Source of the DNA: the human T2T-CHM13v2.0 reference genome, Homo sapiens | Assembly: GCF_009914755.1 (NCBI RefSeq) | Contig: NC_060926.1 | DNA: 64,000 nt | Strand: one strand, 5' to 3' | Shown here: positions 26,060 through 41,260 of the stretch, piece by piece | How positions within the stretch are numbered: the stretch's first letter is position 1 | How the letters are laid out: each line of letters begins with the position of its first letter | Translations under genes and position numbers: made by a program | The notes under the pieces: model-generated | What the model saw: the letters and a program-made list of their open reading frames with translations, nothing else | What the model was told of the DNA's origin: nothing | The model's database searches: none

Positions 26060-26530
26060 TGTTATCATCATCTCAGGTTTCACTAAGTAGGAAACTACCC
26101 CAAAAAACTTAGTGATTTAAAGCAACGCTTATTCATTAGCTCGTAATTCTGTGGATTGGCAATTCAAGCTGAGCACAGTTGGGCAGTTCTTCTACTAGAC
26201 TTGCCATAGCCCTCTTAGGTGGCTGTGGTCACTGGATCCTAGATGGCCTCACTCATGTGTTTGGCAGTTGGCTGGGATGGCATAAGTCCAGCTTCTAGCT
26301 GACCAGCCCTACCTTCTTCCCATGGCTGCTGGGTTCCAAAGTCAGCAAGAGAAGACAAACCCTAAGGGGACAACCTTTCTCAAGCTACTGCTCATGCCAT
26401 ATTTGCTAGTGACTTATTGGCCAAAACAAGTGGTGTGACCAAGTTTAGCTTCCAGGGAGAAATAGACTCTGTCTCTCAATGGGAGAAAGAACAAAACTTT
26501 ACAACCATATTATTTTTTTCAGTATGCCAA
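26060..26530 (-). mobile_element. MLT1G/H-type MaLR LTR
   Basis: 'acttagtgatttaaagcaac...attctgtgg...gatggcctcactcatgtg...ttggccaaaacaagt...aatagactc'. Confidence 0.75.
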
Positions 26531-26571
26531 AGTTATAAAAGTAAAATCTTCAAATTAAAAAAAAATATTCA

Positions 26572-26703
26572 GGCTAGGCATGGTGGTTAGTGCCTGTAAT
26601 CCCAGCACTTTGGGAGGCAGAGGCAGAAGGATTGCTTGAGGTCAGGAGTTCAAGACCATCCTGGACAATATAGCAAGACCTCTCTAAAAAAATAAAAAAA
26701 AAA
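26572..26703 (+). mobile_element. Alu left monomer (FLAM_C or truncated AluJ)
   Basis: Single monomer with 'ggattgcttgagg' followed by an A-rich tail. Confidence 0.88.
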
Positions 26704-28485
26704 TGCACAAATAAAAATTTTTGTAGAACATTTACAGACTTCTGAAAACACTTTTTTGAACACCCTTCATAATGAATACTGAGGAAAAGGGGTCCTTATG
26801 CAAGGGACCCTCTTAGTGGAAAAGAATGAGCACTTGTTGTTATTGCTCTATGTGATGCTCCAAATAACACTTAGAGATTGGCAAGTGATCATTCAGATTA
26901 AGTAGCATTTGGACTCAAATGCTGCTGTGTAGCTCTTTGCTATGTGATATTAGAAAACATAAAAGCATAGGGGAAAGTTCTTAATTTCTGGGTTGTCACT
27001 AAAAGTCTTCAGAGACAGAGGGAGGGCCCCAAACATAGCAAGAGATCAGAGAGTTCAGATCACTGATGACTCACTGCTGAAGTCCTCCACAGCTTAGGGG
27101 AAGCCTTGGGAGTTAGGGAAGTCGCGGGTGAGAGCTGTGGGAGCAAACGAAGCTTTGATGTCATACAGGAGGATTGCATCTTTCTTGAGGTCAGGTCAGG
27201 GAAGCTACAATTGGATCATTCCTCAGGCCAAGGGCTGTGGGAAAAAAAAAATCTACAATCATTCCTGGAGTTAATAGGTTTTTAATCATGACTTTTTCCA
27301 AGAGAGAAAAAGCCCAAACCTTGGTGCTGCTTATACGAGAAACCCCCCGGTCCTGGACAGAGATGGTGAGTTGACTGCCAGCTCTGCCCACAGCAAATGC
27401 TAGGAAAACTTGTCTCCTCCACCTGGGGAAATGTGGCCACCCCACAGCCACTGGGTCTAGGCCAGATAAAGGTAGAGTATGAGAAGAACTGTGGCATGTG
27501 CTATTTATTTATCACTAAGCTCTCCCCAGCACAGAAGTGAAGTTTGAGTTATGTAAAAAAGTCTCCCAGTTTCTGGGAAATGATCTGCAACATCGCAGAA
27601 CAAAACGTCCAGATCAAAACTCATAGGTTTATGGGTTCAGGGAGAACATGCTCCGAGGCCAGTCGTGTTGGGGATGTCCCCCTCTGCGTCATAATCATAG
27701 CCGCATGTGTGCAGCACAAGCAGCTGGAACGTCCAGGATGATCTACATGGGAACGACTGTGCCTCAGCAACATCCCTCAGCCCTACCAACCAGGCAGGGA
27801 AGTCTGGCATAGGAGAGAGGTTCACGTCATGGGACTGTGGGACTTCACAGTCCACTGTGGACACAGAAGAAGCAGCTACAGGGCATGTTAGTGAGCAAGT
27901 TTCCATGATGGGCAATGGAAACTCAGCCCCATGGGGAAGCTGTATGCAGCTGGCCTGAAGGGGCAAGGAGCCTGGGGACTGGACCACCACCTCCTACCCG
28001 CCATTGGCTTAGGGTGGCTTCCAGGGTGTTAACTCCCTGCATGAAGTCCTGGCCTGCCTCATGCCATGGATGGACATGCTTCTGGCTGACGACTCTCTGC
28101 AGGCGGAAGGTTGTGAGCCCCTGCAACAGAAGGCTGTCCGCGTGGAAGGGAACAGTGAGGGCTGAGGGAACAGAGGTGGGGGACTGACTGCTTCCGCCAC
28201 ATCCTGCCCAAGACCAGCAATGCCCCAGGTAGCGACTTTTCCGTCTTATTGCTTACTTAGGTTAGCTTGTTGGCTAGCTAGTGAGTTGTAAGTCACTGGA
28301 GTTTGGGGTCGTACCTGTAGAATAACCTAGCCTATTCTGACTGATCTCTGTGGAAATAAATTCAAATGGACAATCTCTCTGCCAGTGGGCACAAAAGAGC
28401 AAAAATTTTTTCTTGGTGGAGGTGAACAAAGTGGGTAGAAGTTTCACCTTGTGGGCAGGGACATCTACGATCCAGTGCTGAGAAC

Positions 28486-28690
28486 GGCAGCACAGCATGG
28501 CGGCTACAAGTGTGGACTCAGGTTTGAATCCCGGCTCTCCACTTACTAGTGCTGTGTTCTTGTGAAGTCGGCTTCTGTCTCTAGGCTTTGATTTCCTCAT
28601 CAGTAAAATGCAGGTGATACTAGTAGGTTCTGAAGGTCAATTAATATTTGAAAGCATTTAGAGTAGTGTCTTGTGATTAAATGCTTATTA
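28486..28690 (+). mobile_element. MIR SINE
   Basis: 'ggtttgaatcccggctctccacttactag...tttcctcatcagtaaaatg'. Confidence 0.8.
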
Positions 28691-30469
28691 TCCAAACAAA
28701 CAAAGACAGAAACTCTAAGAATGCACCGCTTCCCAAGAAGTCCAGAAATTTTGGACCCGGGTGTTTGTCCAGCCCTTAGGAAAAACTTCAGGAGAAACCT
28801 GTGTGAGCTGACAGACATTTCCCTGATTTCCCTTACAGTACACGACCTTTCCCCCTTGGCAATCTAACCAAGAGGCCAAATAATATCTAAAGAAATAAAC
28901 CAGTAAGTATAACTTGACTGGTTCTCCACAGTTTCGGGTGCAAGCACCATCCCCCAGCCACTTCTCAGTGTGCACTGAGCCCATCTGCTGCCAATGACAC
29001 AGAGTTAATAGCCTCCAAAGAAGTCCATCCCATTCTCCTCACAACCTTCCACCTCCTTTCCCCCAAATTCTCCAACTTCCCCACCTGTGTGTTCAGGGAT
29101 CCCGGAGTAATCACGTGGTCCTGTCCTTGTGAACACAGCAGTAGGGTCAGTTGGAATCAAAGGTTTCCATCTCCACTTGGGTCCAGGCCTTAATTTTCAG
29201 GGAAGGGTTTCTGAATGGTTTTTTTCCCCTCAAATATGAGAAAAGTAAATAGAGTTTTGTAGGATGTCTCTGTCTCTTTTGCACATCATTTTGCTGTTTC
29301 TAAGAAGAGGTTACCTCCCATCTATGCCTCTCCTTTGCTGTGTATAGGGTTTTTTGGGGCCGGGAGTTCAGTTCCTCTGACCAGTTATGGAGGCTCTGCA
29401 TGCTCTCAGCTCGGTCCAGGCTCTGGAGATGCGCTGCTGTGGACCATGCGTCTCTCCGCCCTTGCCGAGGTTAAGGTCAACATTCTTAAGTATACTGAGA
29501 TATACAGTAAAGGCCTAATGTGAGTCACCTCTGATTCCCTCACTCTTAGTCACGAAGGGAGTGGAAAGAGGAGGCCCTCACTGAATGCAGTAAGTGGCCA
29601 CCACTGGTACACTTGGTAGCTCCTCCAGTTAGCATACAGCTAAATTATTTACACAGGAGACAAAACTTTTTACCAAACCTAACTCAAAGAGGAAACTGAA
29701 TTGCCTAACTCAAAGAGGAAAAGGGGCAATGACATTTAAACAAAATTATACTCATTGACTGGGAACAGACTTTCTTTTTCTGAGACCAGGTTTTGATAAG
29801 GCAGAAGCAAGGAGGGAGAGGACATGAAACCCTCAGCTACGGAAGGGTGTGGCACCCGCGGTGTAGATGAGAGAGCGGCACAGATCACTTGGGACGTGGA
29901 GTCATTATTGAACATGCCAGAGAAAAACTCCCACCATTATCGATTTGTTTTGGGGCTATTCGGCAAGGATAAACAACTTCCTATCAAACACTTCCCATCT
30001 GCTCCAGTTCCTTTGTTCCAGAAGAGATTGTACCAACACGTGGATTAGCTCTTCTTCTTGGGAGTATTCAAACTGAGGAAATGAAGAGAAAAAAAATTAA
30101 AAGATATCCTTGCTTCAGGTCAGGAAATAAATTGGCCACTCCTCAAGAATGCAGCCTGATGCTCAGCCTAGCAGTGAGCAGGGCTTCAGTTCCATCTTCC
30201 ACATTTGAGATCCGTCTGGAATGTAGGGAAGGAGAAGGACTATGGATTTGAAAAGGGAGTTACACGGGTTAATTTGGGGGGTGTTCAGCCTTCCTTCTTA
30301 GGAGCTGAACTTGGATGTCTGCTTTTAAAATTTTGTTATCCAAGTGGAATTTAACCAAATATTCCAGAGTAGTACTTTGTATTTTCATATATCCTAGAAA
30401 AGTCTATAAAGACAAGAGAGCACCGGATAGCACACCTGTAGCCGCAGATCTCAAAGCTGACTGCATCCG

Positions 30470-30700
30470 GAGCACAGATTTGAGGCTCTGATGTCAGACG
30501 GACTGGGGTTTTCATGCAAACGCTGACACTTTCAGATGTGTTATCTTTAACCAGTTGTGTAAGTTTCCTGAGATTTTATTTTTTTCATCTGCAAACGGAG
30601 GTGGTAACTATGTCCTCCCCAAAGAGTAATTTTTGAAATTTATCTGATAATTCATGTACGGAGCCTGACACGTCCCCTGATACTTAAGACACTCAATTTC
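30470..30700 (+). mobile_element. MIR SINE
   Basis: 'ggctctgatgtcagac...ttttcatctgcaaacgg...gacactcaat'. Confidence 0.65.
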
Positions 30701-31409
30701 AAACCGTGCTGTTGATGAAACTCCACATCTCTTACGTGTATCTTCTTTGACTATGAAGAAATGAGGAAAGAAAAGGAACTTATCTATTGTTTCTCATGTT
30801 GAGATGGGCGAATAAGCACAATAGCTGGATGGTTCCTGTTTGTCTCACAGGACTCACGCCCTCAGTATTTCACTGTTACTTCTCTCTTTCACCCTTAATC
30901 CCCTCTGGGAACATCTTTAGAGAGAGTTGTTTGAAAGCCAACACTTACTTTTCAATTTTCCAAGACATATTGTTATCTATTTAAGAAGCAATTATAAGTA
31001 ACGTTAGGGACAAAGGTGCTCTTTATGTTGGGTAAATTTTCACTGAGGTCCTGGGAAAGTGGTAAAGATGAAATAAGATCATTCTGGCTGATGAGAAAAG
31101 CTGGCTGCCTTTCAACACTTTAAATCCCTCGTTTAAAACAATTTGAGCTTATTTTGGGGTGTAGTACTTTTTATGGCTTTTGTTCTTGAATTTGTTGAGC
31201 TTCTTGGGTCTCAATTTTCATTGGTTTTGATAATTTCTGTCCATTTCTTCAATATTATTCTTCAAATATATTTCTTCAAATATTCTTCCAATATATGTGT
31301 AATTGGGATCTCCAAAGGGGATTTTGAAAGCTCATTTTGCTTCCCTGTGGTGAAGAATTGGCAGCCATGGGTAAGCAGGGAATCAGACAGATGCGGGTGG
31401 GTGTTATAC

Positions 31410-31760
31410 ATTAGAACACTGTTGCAGGAGTTTAGGTGAGCAATGAGCAGGGTAACACTGACCAGGGTAATGCCAATAGAGATGAAGAGAATTCGACTGA
31501 TTTGAGAGATATTCATAAGGCAGGCCCATGGCTTTTGCAGTCATGGGTGTGAATGAGCTCAGCCACGGTGAACTGTATATTCTGAGTAGGAGAGCAACTA
31601 GGACGAAGCATTCAGCAATCAATATGAAATATCTAGGCAGAAGAAGATGAGCCTACAAGAAAGTGAGAAATGTCAGTAAAGTCAGGCAGAAAGCCAGGAG
31701 AATATGTTATCACAAACATTAAGGAAATAATATGCTTCCCTCATCATGGAGTGGACAAAA
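31410..31760 (-). mobile_element. L2 fragment
   Basis: 'tcatgggtgtgaatgagctc...gaaagccaggagaatatgttatcacaaac' resembles antisense L2. Confidence 0.5.
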
Positions 31761-32692
31761 GTGAAGCAGAAAGCATTCTTTTGACTCCATCTTTTCACCC
31801 CAACATGCAAACCTGCCCTTTGACTATACTTTTAGCCCTAGAGATTTTTCACTCTATCTGCAGACTTTCTGTCTCTTTTGACTCAAATTCTATGTATGTC
31901 TCTGATTTTTCTCCAGCTCCCTCCCTTTCTCTTCTATCTTCATCTTTTAATCTTAATCTTTTCTCTCTCTCAAAAAAAACCTTGCTTGAAATGTTGTTAT
32001 AGATCTTCAAATTCACAGAAGTCCTTTATCTAATTTATAGTCATAACATTTGCAGAAAAATTAACACAAAATTAAACTGACAACTAAAACCATACAGTGT
32101 AAAAGTTGTTATTGACTGAAACGTTGAATAGAAACATTTAAAGCATATCATTCTGTGGGAGATGATCCTTAAAAAAAAGTATGATTTGGCTTCTTTAAAA
32201 AGGTGAGACAGTAAAGACCTAGACAGTGCAACTTACCTAAAATAGTACGGTGAATCCATATAAATGCATTTAAAATTGACAAGTTCTCTCCTGGATGCAC
32301 CACTTTATGCTTTTTTTTTTTAATTTTAAGATTTGCAAAAAACAAATCTTCCTTCCTAAATTTAGACATTCAAAATTTGGTATAAAAATAAGACTGGATA
32401 GAAACAATGGATAATGGCCACAAAAGGCAAATTTATAATATCAGAAACAATGACAGGTGAGCTTAACATTAGTTGAGGATTCAGATAGTGATCTTCAGGA
32501 TAAACCTTTCCACATAAATGAAGAAAATTGGCCTTGAGAAAAATATTTTCAGTAAAATGAGAATAGAAAAAAAAAGGAAGAGCATTTCATTTTGATGTAT
32601 AGGAAATTGAACAAAGAATTATATTTCTAATGGAATTGACTCTAGGAAATAACTATTTCACAATAAATCCATCAGTGCTCTTGTGACTCTGA

Positions 32693-34530
<1,838 letters not shown>

Positions 34531-35619
34531 AAAAACCTCATATTAACCCTAATTTATTTGCAGGGAGTTGTGCAAAATGATCTTCTGACCCAAAAGTTTT
34601 ACTTAATGATTTTTCTCTTTTATTTCCAGTTTTGTTTGTGTGTATTCTCTCTTCCATTTCTGGCTAACATATCTGAGTACCTTTTATAAGGTTAATGTTA
34701 ACAATTTGGTAAAGAAATTATTTACACATATGATGTTTTGTGTATGATAGGAAGTTGAAATATTTCTATCTGAATAAACAAAAAATGAACTAGTCTGTAA
34801 GTGCACAAAATCTTTTTCCACCTGTAAAATCCATCTAATTTTATTCCATATAAATGCATTTAAGATGGGCAAGTTCTCTCCTAGAGCCACCACTTCATGC
34901 TTTTTAAATAGAGCAATATTCTCAGTGAAGTACATTTCATAGGATTACATGGATTCCTTTTAATTCGTGTCTTTCTTTTAATAAGAAAAGAAAAATATTC
35001 TCCTGGGCTAAAAACTGGGCGGCAAGTCTGGGGATGATGTTTTCCTTCTTATTCCCTCTGCGATTCACCATATTATTTTAGGCAAGTTGCACCGTCTGGG
35101 GCTTCACTATCTCTCCTTTTTAAAGAAGTCAAATCACACTTTTAAGGATCATCTCCCCACAGAGGCTGAGAAAATCTAGCAGTCATGCTTATGAATACAG
35201 AAGATGAACTTTAGGCCTGAGATTTTCCTCCCATTGGAAATCAAGTCTTGAATGCCTAGAGGGCTGGAATTCTGTCACGGAGTCCCCTGTAGCTCCCCAA
35301 GGTGACTGAGGGAGGGTTCAAATTTTCCCCTTACTGTTGGCTGCATCCTGGAGCCTGGTGGATGGAAAGGCTTTCCCTTAGTGGAGGAAAATCATCTCTG
35401 AGGTCAGGGAGGTGCATTTGCTTCTCTGTAGGCACCTACTGACAACAGTCCTTGGTCCTGGAATATTGAGATGTTATTTGCAATAATTTATGGGCATGGA
35501 CGGTTGGAGTGAGGGTGATGGAGAAAAGCCACAGGCAGCTCTCCTGGGCCTCCCAAGCATGGCTGGAGGCTGAAGCCCCCTAGTTATCTGCCTGAAACTA
35601 CCTCATCAGGGTGGACTGA

Positions 35620-36135
<516 letters not shown>

Positions 36136-37528
36136 TAAGTCAGTGGGGTGTTGCCCTGGCCAGGGAGACTCTTGTGTTCTTGGATCAGGTTGATGGAGCC
36201 TTGCTTCCTGAGAATTGGAGCGAATATTCCAGGCTAGAAGACCAGTGGGAGAGGCAGCCCAACCCCTGAGCAGCAGGCTGTGCTCTGCGCCCACAGGGCC
36301 CATCCACGTGAGGGCCTTCCCCAACAAACGATCTTCTCTGCTCTCAGCCAGGCAGAGACAGCAGCACCCTTACAGCTCTCCAAGTGCCTTTGGTATTGCC
36401 TCAATATCTAATTTCAGTTCTGTTTTTCAGGGTGTCAGACAAGTTGGAAAAATTAATTTCATAGGTTTTGAGAATAAAATGTGTGTTATGACAGAATCCC
36501 AGAAAACAAATAGTTTGGAAGTCGCCCTCCATCTTCAGGAAACGCAAAAGTCCAGTTGCTGACTTATCTTGTTAACAGGAGGAGAAGGAAGCTTCTGTAA
36601 ATCTAGCCCCGAGGATTTCTTTCAAGGCCAGCTGGCTGGACCTCATAGATATCTCTTCTTGGACATATATCCAAGCTCACAAACCAAGCTGTTTTCAGAG
36701 AAGTTCAGCTAAAGGCTGACAAATTCCACTTTTTTATTTCACTAGAGGAAATAGTCTGTTTTTCAGAATACTCATAACTAGAAATTTATATATATTCTGC
36801 TGTAAAAATGGAATCTGTTTTTCTGACTGTATAAAACTTAGAGTGAAGGCAGTGTCTGGCCTCAATCTACACCAAGGGCTGGAGCAGTCACAGCCCTCAC
36901 GGTGGCTCCACTGCCACTGTAGGCCGGGCTGCCCCATCTGCTCACAGGACTGACTGTTCTTCCTTTCAAGTTCTCTGTGATTAAGACCAGCCTGTGGGAT
37001 GCGGGGAAGGAGGAACTCAGCCCCTCCTCAGAAGCTGGCTCCTCTTTCTTACTCCCACCGCCCCCGGGGATGGGATTTCCCATGACCAGACCCGGGCTGG
37101 GAAATACCCCTCCCTGCCTCACCTTCCCCTTCAACACAGCGGCTCGGCAGTGAGGGTCTGTGAGGCATCTTTAAGTTCTGTCTGTGATTTAACTCAAGCA
37201 AAACTTGGGCCTCAGCTGTCCAAGCTCAGCATGAAGTCCATTCAGTGAAACAATCCAGAAGTATTCCAAGCAGCCCAAATCTTCCCCATGTCGGTCACCA
37301 AATATCAAAAAGAAGGCAGTGCATCCTGGATTCCTACAGATTCTGAGCACCTGGTGGTCCCAGGTGCTGTACGTTGAGCTCTGTCTCAGGAGGGGCTGCT
37401 GTATAGCACATCCCTCTGCTCACGTGAGGTATTGAGCTCCAGTTCAAATGCTGTCATTTCCCCCAAAGAGATTTAGGCAATCAAGTCATTCTTTTAGATA
37501 CTAACTGTGTATTGAAAACCCACTATCT

Positions 37529-37848
<320 letters not shown>

Positions 37849-37854
37849 GCCCAC

Positions 37855-38985
37855 TAAGGGGTTTCCCAGGTACTGGGAATAGAATAGGAATCAAATCATT
37901 TTTTAAAAATCCCTCTCCTCTCAACAGAGCTTATATTTTAATAGGAAAGATGGACAATAAATAAAATAACTGAGTACAACAAGCAGGAAAAGTGGGCGTG
38001 AAGAGCAGAGCAGGGGGTGATGTTTAAACTGCAGCAAGGAAGCAGAGGGAGCCCTCACCCAGGGGTAATTCTAAGCATGCCCTGCCAGGGCAAGGAAGGA
38101 GCCAAGCTGCCAGCTGGGAAAGGATGCTCTGGGGGAGCCACCCGTGCAAGGGCCCTGAGGTAGGACTGCGCCTGTCATGTGTGAGCAGCTGCATGGCGAG
38201 CTCCCGGCCTGAGTGGGCGAGTGAGGGAAGGTTGCAGGAGGCAAGGTGAGCATTGTCGGTGCTGGCAGCAGGATGGTGCGGGGCACTGCAGGGGCTTTGG
38301 CTATTTCCTGAATGCAATGGAAGACATTGCTGGGTTTTGAGGAGAAAAATGGCATCACCTGAAATGTGTGTAGCAGAATCGCAGTGAGAGCTCGTTGAGA
38401 ACAGACTGATGGGGGCAGAGGCAGAAATGGGAACTCAGTAAGAAGCTTGCTGTAAGAATCCAGGCCAGAGCCAACGCTGATGGAGGCTTGGGCTGTGGTG
38501 GAGGTGGTGGAGATGGCAAGGTGGTCAGATTCTGGACTTTATGTGAGGGCAGAGATGACAGGGTGGAAGTGAGGCTTTCTGGCCGGATCCCCTGGAAGAA
38601 CGGATTTTCCCTCAGCTGAGAAGCAGAAGGCTACGGGATGAGCAGGTTTGCAGGGACGGGTGATGAGGAGCTCAGTTTTACACGTGTTAAGTGTGCTGTG
38701 TGTGTAAGCCCACCAGAGAGGGGGCATTACATAGGCAGGTGCAGGCACAGGCAGGTGCAGACACAGGTAGGTGCGGACACAGGTAGGTGCACACACAGGT
38801 AGGTGCAGACACAGGCAGGGCTCAGGGGAGAGGAGCCGGGGGCTAATACTTGAGAACCATCAGCCCTTGAGGATATTCCAAGTCCTGAGGCTGGATGAGA
38901 TCATCTGGGTTTTAGGGGAGAGGGGACAGAGAAGCAGTCTCAGGACCCTGCCCTGGGCCACTCCAGCGATCATAGACCAGGGACA
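37855..38985 (-). mobile_element. L2a LINE 3' region
   Basis: 'gtgcaagggccctgaggtagga', 'gggttttgaggag', 'ggtcagattctgga' and 'gctggatgagatcatctggg' are antisense L2 motifs. Confidence 0.8.
38733..38819 (+). repeat. 16-bp minisatellite (AGGYAGGTGCRGACAC) x about 5.4
   Basis: Units start at 38733, 38749, 38765, 38781 and 38797, with a partial unit at 38813. Confidence 0.95.
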
Positions 38986-39294
38986 TGTACCAGGCCTACA
39001 GGGGTCATGACTGGCTCTGCCGGCTGCATGGTTCCACCAGCTACCCAGCTCCACCTGCACACATTTGGCTTTACCTCACGGGGTGCTTTCTCCCTCTGCG
39101 GCCCACTTCACTCCAGCTCAGCCCCAAGAATGTGGGTGGCATGAGGACAGAAAACCTTCTCTCTCTTCACAGCTGGTGTAAGACATGAAGAAGAGCATTC
39201 CACCCATGGCAGGTCTCAGTGAGGGTTTGTTTGATGCAGTGGTGCCATGGGGCTGGGCCCAGCCTCCGTCGCCTGGAGGGACTCACCTGCCCCA

Positions 39295-39333
39295 GCTGCT
39301 GGGAGCATGGGCTGCTGGGAGCATGGGCTGCTG
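39295..39333 (+). repeat. 16-bp tandem repeat (GCTGCTGGGAGCATGG) x 2.4
   Basis: Read directly. Confidence 0.9.
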
Positions 39334-39709
39334 ATGGCTCCTGGCCGCATACCCTGCCGGGGACTCCCCTGAGGAGCTGCCTGACTCAGAGTTCTCCTGC
39401 TCCCAAAGGTGTTCCACAGCCAATGCCTGGCAGCCTGGGGACACAGAACATGGAGGCACAATCCCTGGCCCAAGCTGGGACAACCTTGAGAGACCCTCCC
39501 AGCTGCAGAGCTACGGGCAGGTTTTGTTGGGCTTTATTTGCAGCCTCATCCATGGGCCAGCTCCCACTGTGTCCATTCCTGCCTCCCCCTTCCAGTACGT
39601 GGGGGTCTCCTGGGTGCAATTCTCAGTAAACCTTCTTCAGGCAGCTTCCCACCTTTGGTTCTGTTCCAGAAAACCCAAGCACACACACTGTATGAATGAA
39701 CACATGAAT

Positions 39710-39960
39710 GCTCCAGGCCTCAGCTAAAATTCCACCTTCTTAGAAAAGTTTTCTCAGTCTCCCTGCAATAAATCCAGGCCCCTGTTAGATGGTTTCGTGG
39801 CTCCCTGTACTTTTCTTCGCAGCACTGATTGCTCTGTTATTTGTATGACTTTTTACTAATGTCTGTTTCCCCTAGCCCGTGTGTTCCATGACGGCAGGGA
39901 CTAGGTGGGTCTTGCCTGGCACCTGATAGAAATTTAGAAAGTATCAGTTGAAGGAGTGAG
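39710..39960 (+). mobile_element. L2 3' end (L2b/c-like)
   Basis: 'tgtctgtttcccctag...ttccatgacggcagggact...gcctggcac...gttgaaggagtga'. Confidence 0.65.
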
Positions 39961-40829
39961 TCTGCCAGCAACAGACAGTCTAGGTGTAGCTGAGCTAGAG
40001 TCACCCAGGAGCACAACCCTTGAAAGGCGTCAGGTCGCAGTATGAAAATGCCTGTAGGGTTCGGCTGCCTGGAAAAGTCCCTGATCTAGCCCTGGAGATG
40101 GGCTTCAGGGGCTCCAGCTGTGGCTATGGGTGGGGAGGGGGTGCTCCCCAGCTAGCCCTCCCTCGTTCGCCCTGGGGCTGGCATTTCTTGGCATGCTCCC
40201 CACCTCCCACCTGCAACTGAAACCCCCAGTGTGGGGCTGCAGCCACTGGCATGTGACTGTGTTCTGCCTGAGGATAAATGTTGGGAAAAAAAATAGAGGG
40301 AAATGACAGCAACCTCCCTGCAAGGAAAGTGGAGAAACAAAAGGCCAGGAATGCTTTTCCAGAACAAGGCATCAGGGTTTAGTGAGACAGAGCCGGACTC
40401 CATCTCCATGGAAAAACAGTTAGCCTCTGCCTTACCAGCATGTGGGCACTCTCTACAGGTTTTTGCCCAAGCTCTGGCAGGCTCCCAGATGGTCTTCGAG
40501 GTGCATGTTCAGGGCAGCTTTGTGCGGATGTCCTAAAGACGTTGCACTCAGGGGCTGTCTTCAGTGTCACATGGCCCTGAGGCATATGAAAACACTGTGC
40601 AGGAGAGGAGCCTACTTTAGGGGGTAGAGCAAACTGGCTAGCTCTGTCTTCTATCAGCAATGCAACCTGGAGAGGCCTTTCTTGAGACAGCTGTTTGGCC
40701 ACCTGAGTCAAGCCTGCCTTCCCCCTGGGATCCCATGATTCTCAGTGAAGTCTAGTCCAAGCCCTGGTCCAAGCTCTGATATGTTGTCTGTGCCCTTCCT
40801 CCTCCAGACAGTGGTCCATGTCATAAGGT

Positions 40830-41260
40830 TCCCCTTTACTGACTACGTGCTGTGCACCTGCCATGCAACCTTCTGTTCCTCATCATCTTAGCTGACCTCC
40901 ACAAACACCTGTAAGGCAGATGATGTAATTATCTCCATTCTACAGACTCAGGGGCCGAGGCTCAGACAGGCGAAGCCACATTCCTGAGGCCACACAGTTG
41001 GTAAGAGATGGATCCAGCTGGACGATCCCAACAGCTGGGCCTTTACACCTTTGATTTATGGCCTCTTGGGATGGCGGCTTGTGTGGTTGCTTCACTGCAT
41101 AACCTCAAATTCCCACAAGTTTCGTATGTTCATTTAGAGAGGAGGAAATTGAAGTTCGGAGCAAGTAAGTGGCATATCTGAGACTGCACAACATTACCTG
41201 GGAGAGACAAGATTTGACCCCCGAAGGTTCAAGAGCCTCATTCTTTTCCATATGACCATT
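40830..41260 (-). mobile_element. Two adjacent MIR-family fragments
   Basis: 'atctccattctacag...gaggctcagacagg...ctgaggccacacag' and 'catttagagaggaggaaattgaagttc'. Confidence 0.65.
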
